Source: Nitrosopumilus sp. (GTDB lineage: Archaea > Thermoproteota > Nitrososphaeria > Nitrososphaerales > Nitrosopumilaceae). Taken from it: DNA of 64,000 nucleotides. Under the pieces are notes generated by a model that did not search any database, was not told where the DNA came from, and was given only the letters and a program-made list of their open reading frames with translations. Made by a program: the position numbers and the translations under genes. Below are positions 37,629 through 47,683 of the stretch, one piece after another; position 1 is the stretch's first letter, and every line of letters begins with the position of its first letter. The stretch lies in the NCBI GenBank assembly GCA_965205215.1, contig OZ242041.1, positions 1,504,001-1,568,000 on the forward strand. The letters run 5' to 3'.

Positions 37629-38843
37629 TCAGGTCAGCAGCCGGAACTGGACATGCTTTGCCCTGAGGCTCTCGATCAGCTTGTCGGCCTGCTTCTGGCC
37701 CTCCGTCTCCAGGCTCATCGTGACGCCGGCCGAGCCCGCCCTGATGTCCGAGCTCAGCCTGTCGTGCACCACCTCTACGATGTTTGCGTTTGCGGCGGTA
37801 ATCTCGTCTACGATCTCCTTGAACGCGCCGGGCCTGTCGGGAAGCAGCACGGATATCTTCAGCAGCCTTTTCATGGCGGCAAGCCCCTTGTCGACGATCT
37901 GCCCCAGCAGGTACATGTCCACGTTGCCCCCGGCCAATACCGCGGCAATCTTCTTTCCTGGGGCCGGCTTGTTCTCAAGAACGTACGCCAGGCTTGCGGC
38001 CCCCGCGGGCTCCACCACGAACTTCATGCGCTCCATCAGCAGGAACATCGTCTTTGCGATCGCGGTGTCGTCCACCAGCACCACGTCGTCTATCAGGCGC
38101 CTGACCACGTCAAACGTGATCTCCCCGGGCATCCGGACCGAGATGCCGTCGGCGATGGTCCGGGGCCCGCCTGCGACCGGCGTCCTGGCCGAGCTGCGCA
38201 CGGAGAGGTGCATCGAGGGGAACGAGTCGGACTGCACGCCGACCACCCGCACGTGGGGGTGGGTCTCCTTTATGGCAATCAGCATGCCGGCGGCAAGGCC
38301 GCCCCCGCCCACTGGGACGTACACCTCCTCCACATCCGGCAGCTCGTCGAGAATCTCAAGCCCTATCACGCCTTGGGCCGCTATCACGTCAGGATCATCA
38401 AAGGCGTGTATGACGGTGGCCCCGGTCTCCTCTGCAATGCGCGTGGCCCTCTCAAACGACTCGTCGTAGTTTGAGCCCTCAAGCACCACCTCCGCACCGT
38501 ATCCGCGGGTTGCCGCAATCTTTGCCGGCGATGCGTTCTTTGGCATCACGATGGTGCACTTGACGCCTTCAAGCGACGAGGCCAGCGCAACCCCCTGGGC
38601 ATGGTTCCCCGCAGAGGCGGCCACCACGCCCTTTGCCTTTTCACCGGGGGAGAGGGATCTCATCTTGTGGTACGCCCCGCGGATCTTAAACGAGCCGGTC
38701 TTCTGCCGGAACTCCGCCTTGAGGTAGACGTCAGAGCCGCACATGTCGGAAAGCGACGGCGAGCGCACCAGGGGCGTCCTCTTGATCTGCGAGCCCCTCA
38801 TCGAATCGGCCCTCTTCACATCCGCGTACGTAGGTATGATCAT
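37629..38843 (-). CDS. ilvA: Threonine ammonia-lyase with ACT domain
   Basis: QKTGSFKIRGA, ASAGNHAQGVA, PVGGGGL, TIADGI, EPAGA, LPDRPG. Confidence 0.94.
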   Translation of the reverse strand: MIIPTYADVKRADSMRGSQIKRTPLVRSPSLSDMCGSDVYLKAEFRQKTGSFKIRGAYHKMRSLSPGEKAKGVVAASAGNHAQGVALASSLEGVKCTIVMPKNASPAKIAATRGYGAEVVLEGSNYDESFERATRIAEETGATVIHAFDDPDVIAAQGVIGLEILDELPDVEEVYVPVGGGGLAAGMLIAIKETHPHVRVVGVQSDSFPSMHLSVRSSARTPVAGGPRTIADGISVRMPGEITFDVVRRLIDDVVLVDDTAIAKTMFLLMERMKFVVEPAGAASLAYVLENKPAPGKKIAAVLAGGNVDMYLLGQIVDKGLAAMKRLLKISVLLPDRPGAFKEIVDEITAANANIVEVVHDRLSSDIRAGSAGVTMSLETEGQKQADKLIESLRAKHVQFRLLT

Positions 38844-39280
38844 CACAGACAGTCCCCCGACACCCCTACCTATTTGGGTTGTTATCGCAGCAGGGCGCGG
38901 ACGGAGCCGCTTTTCGAGGGGCGCTTGGCGCAGCCCTTCGAAGCTTTCCAGACAGGCAGGCCGCGGCACGCCGCGAGGCACTGACGGCAGTCACGTATCC
39001 GTCCCCTCTCGCCCAGCACGCGTCGCGGGCAGAACCCCTTCCCTCCCCCGAGCCAAAGACAGGAGTTATGCCGGCGGGGGGAGAGGGGCGCCAGACTTGC
39101 CAAAACCCACTTAAATGTACATAATGAAGAGCGCAGGACGCAAAAACGGGCTGCGTCCCCGCGATCAAAATGATTAAATACTCTAGTTAGATCGCAAAAG
39201 CATATCGGGGGATCGGAGCTCCCCCATGAGAGAGACATCTCTACTCCGGTTCCTTGATTAATACAACCTACAAGACGGTT

Positions 39281-40150
39281 TTACCCGTCGATGGCGCCCG
39301 CCAGCTCCCCGAGCCGGGATACGAGAGCCTCCCGTGCATCCTTTGTGACGGTGTCGGGGTCAAAGCGGCCGTCCCTTGGAGCCTTAGCGGCGGGATCTGC
39401 TGCCACCTCCGCGATCTTCTCGACATCGGTGGTATAGAGAAAGCCGTCCTCCCCCGTGACCAGCCGCGCGTCGTCTATCATCAGGGCAGTGGTGCTGTAC
39501 ACCTCGATCAGGAGCGAGTCGAGCTCCGCAAACAGCGCGTCGCGCCTGTCGGCATGCACTGCGAGCCCCGCGTCGTCGACCGTTTTTTTTATTTCGGCCT
39601 CGATGCTTCCGGCAAGTGACTCGTCGCGGTACAGGGTCTCGAAGAGCTCCGCAGGGTCGGGTTCCGCGCACCCCGCGGCTTTCAGCCGCTCCGCGGCTAT
39701 CTTGTCGCCCGCGTCCGCGATCGACTCCCTGTCGCTTCTGGCAGACTCGTCGATCCTCCCAAGCTCCCTCTGGATCTGCTCGACCCTGGCGTCCGGCTTG
39801 TAGTAGAGCAGCGCCTTGTACTGGACTGACAGGTGCACGGACAGCGCGTACCCGGACGCCTCGGACTCGAGCTTGGTGAATATGCGGCGAACGTCATCGT
39901 CGCGCGTCTCGGTCACCTCGCGCGCGTGCCAGGACGGGCCCAGGCGCGCGATTACCTTCTGCATGTACGCCTTGATGCCGCCCGCATCAAACGTGGTCTG
40001 GTCAGTGACCGTGGTGTCGCCCAGCATCACCTTTATCGGCGTCTCGGCCACCAGTGCGGTCATCTGCTTCAGGTACGCCTCCCTTATCCGAGCGTCGGCG
40101 GGCAGGAGTGCGCGCGCAAGCTCGGATTCGGGCATCGACGCGATTCTCAT
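39281..40150 (-). CDS. Conserved thaumarchaeal hypothetical protein
   Basis: 289-aa ORF with typical codon usage (ETPIKVMLG...DVRRIFTK...LLYYKPD...RLVTGEDG). Confidence 0.75.
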   Translation of the reverse strand: MRIASMPESELARALLPADARIREAYLKQMTALVAETPIKVMLGDTTVTDQTTFDAGGIKAYMQKVIARLGPSWHAREVTETRDDDVRRIFTKLESEASGYALSVHLSVQYKALLYYKPDARVEQIQRELGRIDESARSDRESIADAGDKIAAERLKAAGCAEPDPAELFETLYRDESLAGSIEAEIKKTVDDAGLAVHADRRDALFAELDSLLIEVYSTTALMIDDARLVTGEDGFLYTTDVEKIAEVAADPAAKAPRDGRFDPDTVTKDAREALVSRLGELAGAIDG

Positions 40151-40363
40151 TGCAAGGCGTCCGTTATCGGCGCTTTAAAGCCTGTATGATCGGGGCGGGC
40201 CCGGGAGATCCGCATGGGTATGACTGGGAGGGGCAGGAAAGCCGGGCAGTCCTGCAGCCGATCGCAGCACAGGCCAGGCCGCCGGCCCCGTGCACGGGGA
40301 TCCCCGCAGGCAGACGTCTGCCGGGCCAGGCCGCATGCGTACGGAGGCGGGCGCGCCGCGCTG

Positions 40364-41272
40364 TCAGTCCGCACAGTCAATCCTGCACTGGTCCCCGTCG
40401 GCCTCGTCCCTCAGGCGCCTTGCCATCAGGTATGGCGTGGCCAGCAGTACCGGTATGCACACGGCTATCAGGAGGGTCTGCACCTGCACGAGCGCCGCGG
40501 ACGCCGCGATGCCGCCTGCTGTGCCCACGAACAGGGACAGGAACGTGCCCGCGCACGTCGGGCACGCGACGAACAGGCCGGTGGCGGCCCCGACGGTCCC
40601 AAGCCCGCGGCGCTTCTTTGATACAGAGTACGCCCCCGCCGCAACCGACGCGTTGAGCCCCACCAAATACGACACCACGACCTGCAGCACGATGTTGACG
40701 GGCACCACCTGCAGCCCCACGGTCTCAGTCATGTACACGATTATCTTTGGCATGTAACCCGGCGCGTCGCAGCACGGCGAGACGAATCCGGACGGTATCT
40801 CGGCGCCATAATGCGTGGCAAAGTTGATGCCCGGCTGGTACACCAGGGTGCCAGATGCTAGGGAGAAGAACAGTCCGTATCCGACAAAGACCGCTGCAAA
40901 TATCCTCCGGGACCTCTTGTTCCACGTGTGTATTGCAATGACGGAGCCCAGATCACGCACCCCTGCGCGCCACTCCTCCACCTTGGACGCGTGGTAACGG
41001 TACAGCCCGTACGCGACTGCCCCCAGCGAGGCCAGCAGGGCAACGTAGAACCCGTACGCAAGCCTCTGCACCACGTGTATTGCGTCAGGCGTAAGGCTGG
41101 CAGGATCCTGGTACCTGCCGTATATGAGAAACAGGGCGGCCATCATCACAAAGCCGGCCGCGACCAGGCGCGTTCCGCCGGCCGCGCGGCGGCGGTGCCC
41201 GCCACCGTCTCCCATGCGCACGTCCTCTGTCTCTTCCATGGACGGAGGGGGCGCATCTCGATTAAATTCCAT
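40364..41272 (-). CDS. Conserved thaumarchaeal membrane protein with Cys motifs
   Basis: Multiple TM segments; PCCDAPGYMP, LFVACPTCAG. Confidence 0.75.
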   Translation of the reverse strand: MEFNRDAPPPSMEETEDVRMGDGGGHRRRAAGGTRLVAAGFVMMAALFLIYGRYQDPASLTPDAIHVVQRLAYGFYVALLASLGAVAYGLYRYHASKVEEWRAGVRDLGSVIAIHTWNKRSRRIFAAVFVGYGLFFSLASGTLVYQPGINFATHYGAEIPSGFVSPCCDAPGYMPKIIVYMTETVGLQVVPVNIVLQVVVSYLVGLNASVAAGAYSVSKKRRGLGTVGAATGLFVACPTCAGTFLSLFVGTAGGIAASAALVQVQTLLIAVCIPVLLATPYLMARRLRDEADGDQCRIDCAD

Positions 41273-41700
41273 GCGTTCTACATGGATATTGTGGTATTTT
41301 TAGGATTCTGGGCAGGGCGGCGGGCGCAAGGCGGGCGGCCCATTGATGCTGACGGGCCGCAGCCACCTTAAAAACACCATGCAGTCTGCCGGGCATGGGC
41401 AACGCGTGCGAAAGGTGCTACGGGGACGACTGGAGGCTCACGATCCTGCGTGCGCGCCAGGCGGCCAGCACCAGTCGTGAGTGCAGTGCGGCGGGTGCGG
41501 GCATATTACGAACCAACGGACGCATCTGCGCAATGACATGCATTGTGATGCCCACAGCAGCAACAGCACGCGGCGAGCATTGTAATCGTGAAGACTATTG
41601 GCTTCAGGCCGGGGTTGGTCCACATTTACAACAGTGCCAAATCACAAGTATGTTTAAATATTATTACCTTCCCGATTAAAGCAAATGGTGATTTTCTTTA

Positions 41701-42906
41701 ATGTCAGCTAGAATCATTAAAGATAGGTATAACGAACCATCGTGGAACAACATAGGCCAGTTCACCAAGCCCAACGGCAGATTCGAGGCCAACTCGGATG
41801 GTCAGTCGACGTTTGTCCCCCGTGAACTACCACCCGCAGTACGCTATGACCGCGAACTCATTGCGTTGCTTGTAAAAGCCGAACGAAAAGTTGGAGAGCT
41901 AAAGGGAAAGGGAAGCGAGCTAGAAAATCCACACATCTTGATAAGGGCGTACCTGAAGAAGGAAGCCGTGCTGAGCTCCAAGATCGAGGGAACCCTGGCA
42001 TCCCTCAAGGACCTGAACAGGCAGGAGGTTGTCGGCAACGTTAGCAGAAAGGACGCAGACAATTTGAGACTGAGAGAGGTCATCAACTACGTGAACGCGT
42101 TGGAAAGTTCGCTGAAAGCCATGCGGGAAACAGGACAGCGCACAAACATGGACATTCTGAAAGCGGCGCACAAGATCCTGATGGATGGCGTCAGGGGTTA
42201 CGACAAGGAACCCGGGAAGTTTCGCGACCAGCAGAACTGGATTATACGCACGCGGGGAAGAAGACGCGAGATTGTCTACACTCCGCCCCCACCAGAAAAA
42301 ATTTTGGCACTGCTTGAGAATCTCGAGGAGTTTATTCAGACAGATGATGAAAGCCTGTCCGTGCTGATCCGGTGTGCCGTACTTCACTATCAGTTTGAGG
42401 CAATACACCCATTCATTGACGGGAACGGGAGGATCGGGAGGCTGTTGATTCCACTGGTGTTGTACGAGAAGAGAATCATGCCCGAACCCTTGTTGTATTT
42501 GAGCGCCTATTTTGACAAGCATCGTGAGCGGTATTACAGCAACCTGCTGGCCGTGAGTCAAAAATCCAGATGGCCCGAATGGATAAAGTTCTTCCTCATG
42601 GCATTTATAGAGCAGGCAGACGAGGCAGTGGAGAATATTCAGAGGCTAATGACGCTGATGAGGAAGTACAAAGACACCCTTCGCAAAAGGGGCTCCAGTG
42701 GCAATGTAATCTTCCTAATGGAATCTCTGTTTTCGAACCCGTACGTTACCATTCCAAAGGCCGCGCGTCTTCTTGAAGTCACGTACCCGTCTGCAAAGAA
42801 TGCGGTCATGACGCTGGTGGACGCGGGCATACTGCAACCTACTGACATACTCTACAAGAGCAAGGTTTTCGTCGCAAGGGAGATCGAAGATGCCCTCAGC
42901 GCCTGA
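41701..42906 (+). CDS. Fic family protein (Fic N-terminal domain, Fic core, C-terminal wHTH)
   Basis: EAVLSSKIEGT, PGKFRDQQNWI, HYQFEAIHPFIDGNGRIGRLL; visibly lower GC than flanks. Confidence 0.93.
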   Translation: MSARIIKDRYNEPSWNNIGQFTKPNGRFEANSDGQSTFVPRELPPAVRYDRELIALLVKAERKVGELKGKGSELENPHILIRAYLKKEAVLSSKIEGTLASLKDLNRQEVVGNVSRKDADNLRLREVINYVNALESSLKAMRETGQRTNMDILKAAHKILMDGVRGYDKEPGKFRDQQNWIIRTRGRRREIVYTPPPPEKILALLENLEEFIQTDDESLSVLIRCAVLHYQFEAIHPFIDGNGRIGRLLIPLVLYEKRIMPEPLLYLSAYFDKHRERYYSNLLAVSQKSRWPEWIKFFLMAFIEQADEAVENIQRLMTLMRKYKDTLRKRGSSGNVIFLMESLFSNPYVTIPKAARLLEVTYPSAKNAVMTLVDAGILQPTDILYKSKVFVAREIEDALSA

Positions 42907-42939
42907 GTCGCAAGGGGCCATGCCCATTGCGTGCAGATG

Positions 42940-43650
42940 GCGTACCTGCGACCGTGTCGAACCTGTCAATTTGCCCGCCGGTCAGTTTGGAAAAATCCAG
43001 CACGCGGAATGTCTCTCTGAAGATTGTCGGGCTCATCCTACCGCGTCCGAGCTGCTAGGAGCCGGCGAACGACCAGTACGTCACTGCCAAACGCGGAGTT
43101 GCACCATACCATGAACGCCCCCTCATGCCGCTCATCATTCAACGACACGTTCGACCAGCCGCTGCCGCCAAGCGTCGTTTTGGTGGTGTATGCGGCAGTC
43201 AGGCGCTGTGACGTGTAGCGGGCCTGCAGGCTTAGATGTGTCCGAGTTGCCGTGCCCCATACCCGTCTGACGTGCTTCTCAGCGGCGCGCGGGTTCTTCT
43301 CAAGGCCGCAATCCGGGTTCACAGACATGCTGCGCTACGCCTCCGCGTTGTTGTTCCACAGAGCCGCGTATTTCTGGCCCGACAGCGGTTTCTTGCAGAC
43401 CGGCGCGCGCGGCTTTGTGGATTCTTTTGAAAACCGGTATTCGGCGATGGCGCGCGCCGAAACCAATGTCGGCCAAATCCGCGAGGTTTACCATTGGGAT
43501 GTTCATGGCATTATAGGCCAGGCTGTATGCGAACTGCAGCAATCTCAGATTCGAGGTGCGCCTAGCCCACCACATGCCGTCGTCAATCGGGCAGTCCAAC
43601 ACCTGCCTGATTACATCCCTGCCCGTCCTGATCGACGTAGACCCCATGCG
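42940..43650 (-). pseudogene. Decayed C-terminal part of a large type IIG-like restriction-modification protein
   Basis: Fragments in several frames: RYTSQRLTAAYT..TLGGSGWSNV..DERHEGAFMVWCNSAFG, frameshift, AVTYWSFAGS*QLGRGRMS..RVLDFSKL (TAG at 43055-43057). Confidence 0.5.
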
Positions 43651-43740
43651 ATTTGCAGCCCCGGCGCAGTCGGCGGCCAGCGCGCAGGGGGAGGGAGAAG
43701 AGCGAGGTTGTGTGTATAGGGGGGACGGTAGAGATGCGTA

Positions 43741-45558
43741 CTACGACGGCCCCAGCCTCGGCAAAAATATGTAGATTATGGCAATTATCTCGAGGCGCCC
43801 AAATATCATGAGAAAGCCGAGCATCATCTTGGTGGCCGGATCCGTCTCAAAGTCTATCACCCCGGCCGAGAGCCCGCCCGTGGTAATCACCCCGCTGGCC
43901 TCAAAGAAGGACTCCGTATACGGTGCCCCCGTAACCGACGCGAGGTGGGCGCCGGCGACAGCCGCGATTATCGGGAACAGGGCAACGATGATCAGCGTGC
44001 TTATCACCTCCTTTTTGACCTCCGGCGCCATGGCCTTGCGGGCAGAGGAGCGCAGAAAGCTCACAAGGTTGCGCAGGGCCATGAGCCGGAATATCTTCAT
44101 GCCGCCCGCGGTGGAGAACCCGCAGCCGCCGGCGAACATCAGCACCACCAGTATCCCGTACGCGGCCCCGTTGAGCCCCGATATGCTCTCGTGCTGCAGC
44201 CCCGCAGTGGTACTGGCCGAGACCGCGTAGAACGTCGCAAGCAGAAAGTCCGTGCCGCTTATCGCGATGAATATGGCGACGCCGGCGCCGAGTATCACAA
44301 AGTATGCCACAACCTCGCGGCCCAGCTTTCGGACGCGGAACCTCTTGCTTACAAAGCTGTAGTGGAACGTGAACGGGAGCGCCCCCATTATCATTGCTAT
44401 CATCAGCAGCGTATAGTCGTACCACATCAGGTCGTCAAGGATGGTCGAGGAGGGGAGGAACCCTCCCGTCGCGAGGGTGCTCATGGACAGCGAAAAGTTG
44501 TCAAGCAGGTCGCGCTTGCCCAGCACGAACAGCAGCAGGGCAAGCGTCGAGATGTAGAGCATGAATATCACGGTGATCGACAGGAAGAGCTCCTTGAGGT
44601 GGAGCGCCCTTCCGGTGATAAAGCCGCGCATGGACTTTAGGTGGGCCTCCGAGTAGAACGCGGTAATTACGAGGTATATGAAACTCATGCCGCCCACGAG
44701 CTGCGTGTAGCTCCGGAAGAAGGTAAAGCTGTGTCCCAGGTCCTCCGGCGTGTCAAACAGCGACAGGCCGCCTGTGGTAAAGCCCGCGGCGCTCGAGAAG
44801 AAAGAGTTTGCAAAGACCTCATCGAAGGGCATGTCCTCGGGCATGACGTAAAAGTACGGGATTGAGCCGAACAGGGACATGAGAAACAGGCTTGCAAAGA
44901 CCAGTATCGACGCCTGCCGCATGTTGAGCCCGGCCTTTTCGCCGTAGGAGTTGAGGGCAAAGCCCGTTGCCAGGAGCAGTACCGTGCTGAGGTAGATGCC
45001 GGTGGCAGTCGTGGTGTCCTCAAGTATGGTGGCCACGATCGCGGGCACGAACAGCAGCACGCCTGCAAACTGGAGCACGAACCCCAGGTTTCCGAGCACC
45101 GCCCTGACAGGCGGGCTTAGCAGGCGCGGGGGGCTGCCGACGGCCTCCTTTATCGCGGTAGATATCGAGGTCTGCCGTATCACCCCGACCACGGCGTTGT
45201 TGGATATTACCGGAAGCTTGTGGACGCCCTCGTCCTTCATCTGGACGGCGGCGTCTGCAAGCGTGGCCCTCTCAGTGGTGGTGATCAGGGGCGAGCTCAT
45301 TATCTGGTCAAGACGGGTCTTCTCCACGTTCACCTCCGGGTTGCTGACGGTCTCAAGTATGTCCACGTCCGTTACTATGCCGACCGGGCGCGCGCGGACG
45401 TCCGTCACGATGACGGTGTCTGTGTTGTTGTCGCTCATCCTCTGCGCCGCGTTCCGTGTGCTGTCCCACACGCGCATTATGGTAAAGTCCTTGCGCATGT
45501 ACTCCCTGACGCGCTTTGCCCGGATGTACTTTAGGGAGCGCTGGTGCTCTGAGGACAT
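43741..45558 (-). CDS. trkH: TrkH-family potassium uptake protein with an N-terminal CBS pair
   Basis: CBS (VGIVTDVDIL, IMSSPLIT, KLPV); pore loops GFTTGGL, LATGGF, STTAGL, ITTGGL; MIFGRLEI. Confidence 0.9.
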   Translation of the reverse strand: MSSEHQRSLKYIRAKRVREYMRKDFTIMRVWDSTRNAAQRMSDNNTDTVIVTDVRARPVGIVTDVDILETVSNPEVNVEKTRLDQIMSSPLITTTERATLADAAVQMKDEGVHKLPVISNNAVVGVIRQTSISTAIKEAVGSPPRLLSPPVRAVLGNLGFVLQFAGVLLFVPAIVATILEDTTTATGIYLSTVLLLATGFALNSYGEKAGLNMRQASILVFASLFLMSLFGSIPYFYVMPEDMPFDEVFANSFFSSAAGFTTGGLSLFDTPEDLGHSFTFFRSYTQLVGGMSFIYLVITAFYSEAHLKSMRGFITGRALHLKELFLSITVIFMLYISTLALLLFVLGKRDLLDNFSLSMSTLATGGFLPSSTILDDLMWYDYTLLMIAMIMGALPFTFHYSFVSKRFRVRKLGREVVAYFVILGAGVAIFIAISGTDFLLATFYAVSASTTAGLQHESISGLNGAAYGILVVLMFAGGCGFSTAGGMKIFRLMALRNLVSFLRSSARKAMAPEVKKEVISTLIIVALFPIIAAVAGAHLASVTGAPYTESFFEASGVITTGGLSAGVIDFETDPATKMMLGFLMIFGRLEIIAIIYIFLPRLGPS

Positions 45559-45700
45559 GTTCAAACAGCGGCGATTGGCCGTTAAATAAATGCGCATGGC
45601 AGGTGCGCAGGCTCGTGGCATGCACTAGGTGTACGTACTAACCGGGGGCGCTGCGCTGCCTCCTTGTATCTTTATAAGCACTACAGCACCTCGTAGCGTC

Positions 45701-46165
45701 GTGGACATCGCCGAGGAGCAGGAGCCGGACTACCAGTCTACCAGGATCGAGACGGTGGGGTTTCTTGACCCTTACGGGATGGAGGGGCTGGCAGTCCTGC
45801 GCTCTGAAGACGGGAAAGAGTTCCACGTCAGGGCTTTTTCAGGCGAGGTGGCAAAGCACATCGTGTGCATGTCAGATGCCGACGCGGCTCCGATCCAGAT
45901 TCCCTCGGTATACAGCATGATATCGGACATATGCGAGGAGAACGAGATCGTGCTGGTAAAGGTCAAGGTGTACCAGAGCGGCAGCGTCCTGCGCGCAAAC
46001 CTGTACCTCACGGGCAAGAAGGACATAGTCCTGAAAAACTACCGCGCGTCGGACGCGATAGCCCTGGCGTCGCTCTACAAGATCCCAATCCTGGTACGGA
46101 AAAACCTGCTCAGGGACCAGGACGGCACGGGGGACGGGCAGGGCGCAGGGGCGCAGGGGCGCTGA
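45701..46165 (+). CDS. Bifunctional nuclease domain (DUF151) protein
   Basis: LVKVKVY..GSVLRANLY...RASDAIALA...PILV. Confidence 0.82.
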   Translation: MDIAEEQEPDYQSTRIETVGFLDPYGMEGLAVLRSEDGKEFHVRAFSGEVAKHIVCMSDADAAPIQIPSVYSMISDICEENEIVLVKVKVYQSGSVLRANLYLTGKKDIVLKNYRASDAIALASLYKIPILVRKNLLRDQDGTGDGQGAGAQGR

Positions 46166-46192
46166 TACGGGCAGGTGCGTTCGCGCGCATAG

Positions 46193-46471
46193 TCATTTGC
46201 CGAGGCGCTCAAGCTCGGAGACTGCATGTTCGAAGAGCGCGTCGTCGTCCAGCGCCACATACAGGATGTTATTCTCTTGGCACCCCAATATGTTCTCCTT
46301 GTCCTTTGTTACTAGTACCATCTTGTTAGACTCTGCGTGCTTCAGTACGGAAAAATCAGACCGGAGAGCCATGCCACTGTTTATGAGCTTCTTGACGCTT
46401 TGCGCCTCGAACCCCCGCTCGCGGAGCCTCTCGTCCAATCCGTCAGAGTGCTCGTCGACCAAGACCTTCAT
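46193..46471 (-). CDS. PIN-like domain protein (DUF5615/Mut7-C-like)
   Basis: MKVLVDE, SDFSVLKHA..NKMVLVTKD. Confidence 0.75.
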   Translation of the reverse strand: MKVLVDEHSDGLDERLRERGFEAQSVKKLINSGMALRSDFSVLKHAESNKMVLVTKDKENILGCQENNILYVALDDDALFEHAVSELERLGK

Positions 46472-46588
46472 GACGTCTCATGTACCGGTGTTCATTATAT
46501 CGTTTTCTGAGGCGGTCAGAACGGGTGAGAGGCGCCAGAGTAGACGCGTCGTTAGTCCGCGAAAACGCTCAAAATAGAACGCCTACGA

Positions 46589-46966
46589 TCATATGGTGCT
46601 CGTAATCTTTTTCACCTTTTCGACGATCCGGATCTTCTTCTGAATGGGCATGTCGCGCTCAATCGTGAAATAGATCGTGTTTCGGCTCGTATACACGACC
46701 ATCTGGGAGACCTTTTCGCGCTCAACATGCACGTACGTCACCTTGCCAAGCGACCGGTCAAACTCCTTTCGCATCTTCCTTCTCTGGGACACTTGCTGGC
46801 AGAAGTGTTCCTCTTCCTTTTGTGATTTGAGGCTGGTCTTTCCCGTCTTCATTATGGCCTCCCGTATCTTTCCCTGTAGGTTGATTATGGCCGCAAATCT
46901 CATCTTGGGATCAAGATCCAGAATTTTCTGTACGACGTCAATAAGATCGACCGTGGCAGATGCCAT
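46589..46966 (-). CDS. Thaumarchaeal roadblock/LC7-like protein (DUF6659-like)
   Basis: ILDLDPKMRFAAIINLQG...EFDRSLGKVTY..VEREKV. Confidence 0.75.
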   Translation of the reverse strand: MASATVDLIDVVQKILDLDPKMRFAAIINLQGKIREAIMKTGKTSLKSQKEEEHFCQQVSQRRKMRKEFDRSLGKVTYVHVEREKVSQMVVYTSRNTIYFTIERDMPIQKKIRIVEKVKKITSTI

Positions 46967-47261
46967 TAGCAGAGAAAAAATCTGAGGGACATATAAGCTA
47001 GATCATGCGACGCCGGCCACGCTACTCGGTCCGGCTTGGGCTGCGACGCGAACGCCTCACATACGCGCACGGCCGAGGGCGGAGTGGGGGAAGGGGAGCC
47101 GAATCGGCGTGGGGGCAAGGCAGGCACAAGGAGACTGCCCGTACCGCAGGCGCCCGCATTATGGGACGCATCATAGAGGGATGTACCAACAGGCAGTGAC
47201 AGCGGCGCCAGGCCACACACGCACGCCCATGAGATTAATAGCAGCGGTACCCACACAATGC

Positions 47262-47471
47262 GTGAAGAACTCCGCCGTGACCATGATAATCGGGATGATT
47301 ATGTTCGTGGCCGGACTGGGTATGTTCTACTCAATCGAGATGGGCCAGTTCGAACCCGAGTACAGGCTCGTAAAGAACACAGGAATCTTTGTTGGGCTGG
47401 CCGGAATAGGCGCCACGATGGCGGGCGTGTTGCTGACATTGTTCAACAGGAGCGAGCCGGTGGAGAGATGA
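47262..47471 (+). CDS. Small two-TM membrane protein
   Basis: GTG start; MIIGMIMFVAGLGMFYSI...KNTGIFVGLAGIGATMAGVLL. Confidence 0.65.
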   Translation: MKNSAVTMIIGMIMFVAGLGMFYSIEMGQFEPEYRLVKNTGIFVGLAGIGATMAGVLLTLFNRSEPVER

Positions 47472-47683
47472 GCGTCGCGCGGCAGGCGCTACCCGCAGGT
47501 TTGGCGTCTTCATACTCGGGGCCCAAGCGTCGCATCTTCGGCGCCACAGCGCGCTAGCATCATATCCGCGCACGATCAGAGCAGCGCATGATCTGAGGGG
47601 GAAATTTCCATGCAGGGATGACGAATTCATTCCGCAGACATGGAACAATCCTTTAATATTTTACAGAATTTTTATAATCAGAT

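Noticed and set aside
41395-41530. Possible frameshifted Zn-ribbon gene (CERC in one frame, CGGCG in another)
   Set aside because: Too short, with a stop immediately before the second knuckle; cannot be told from chance
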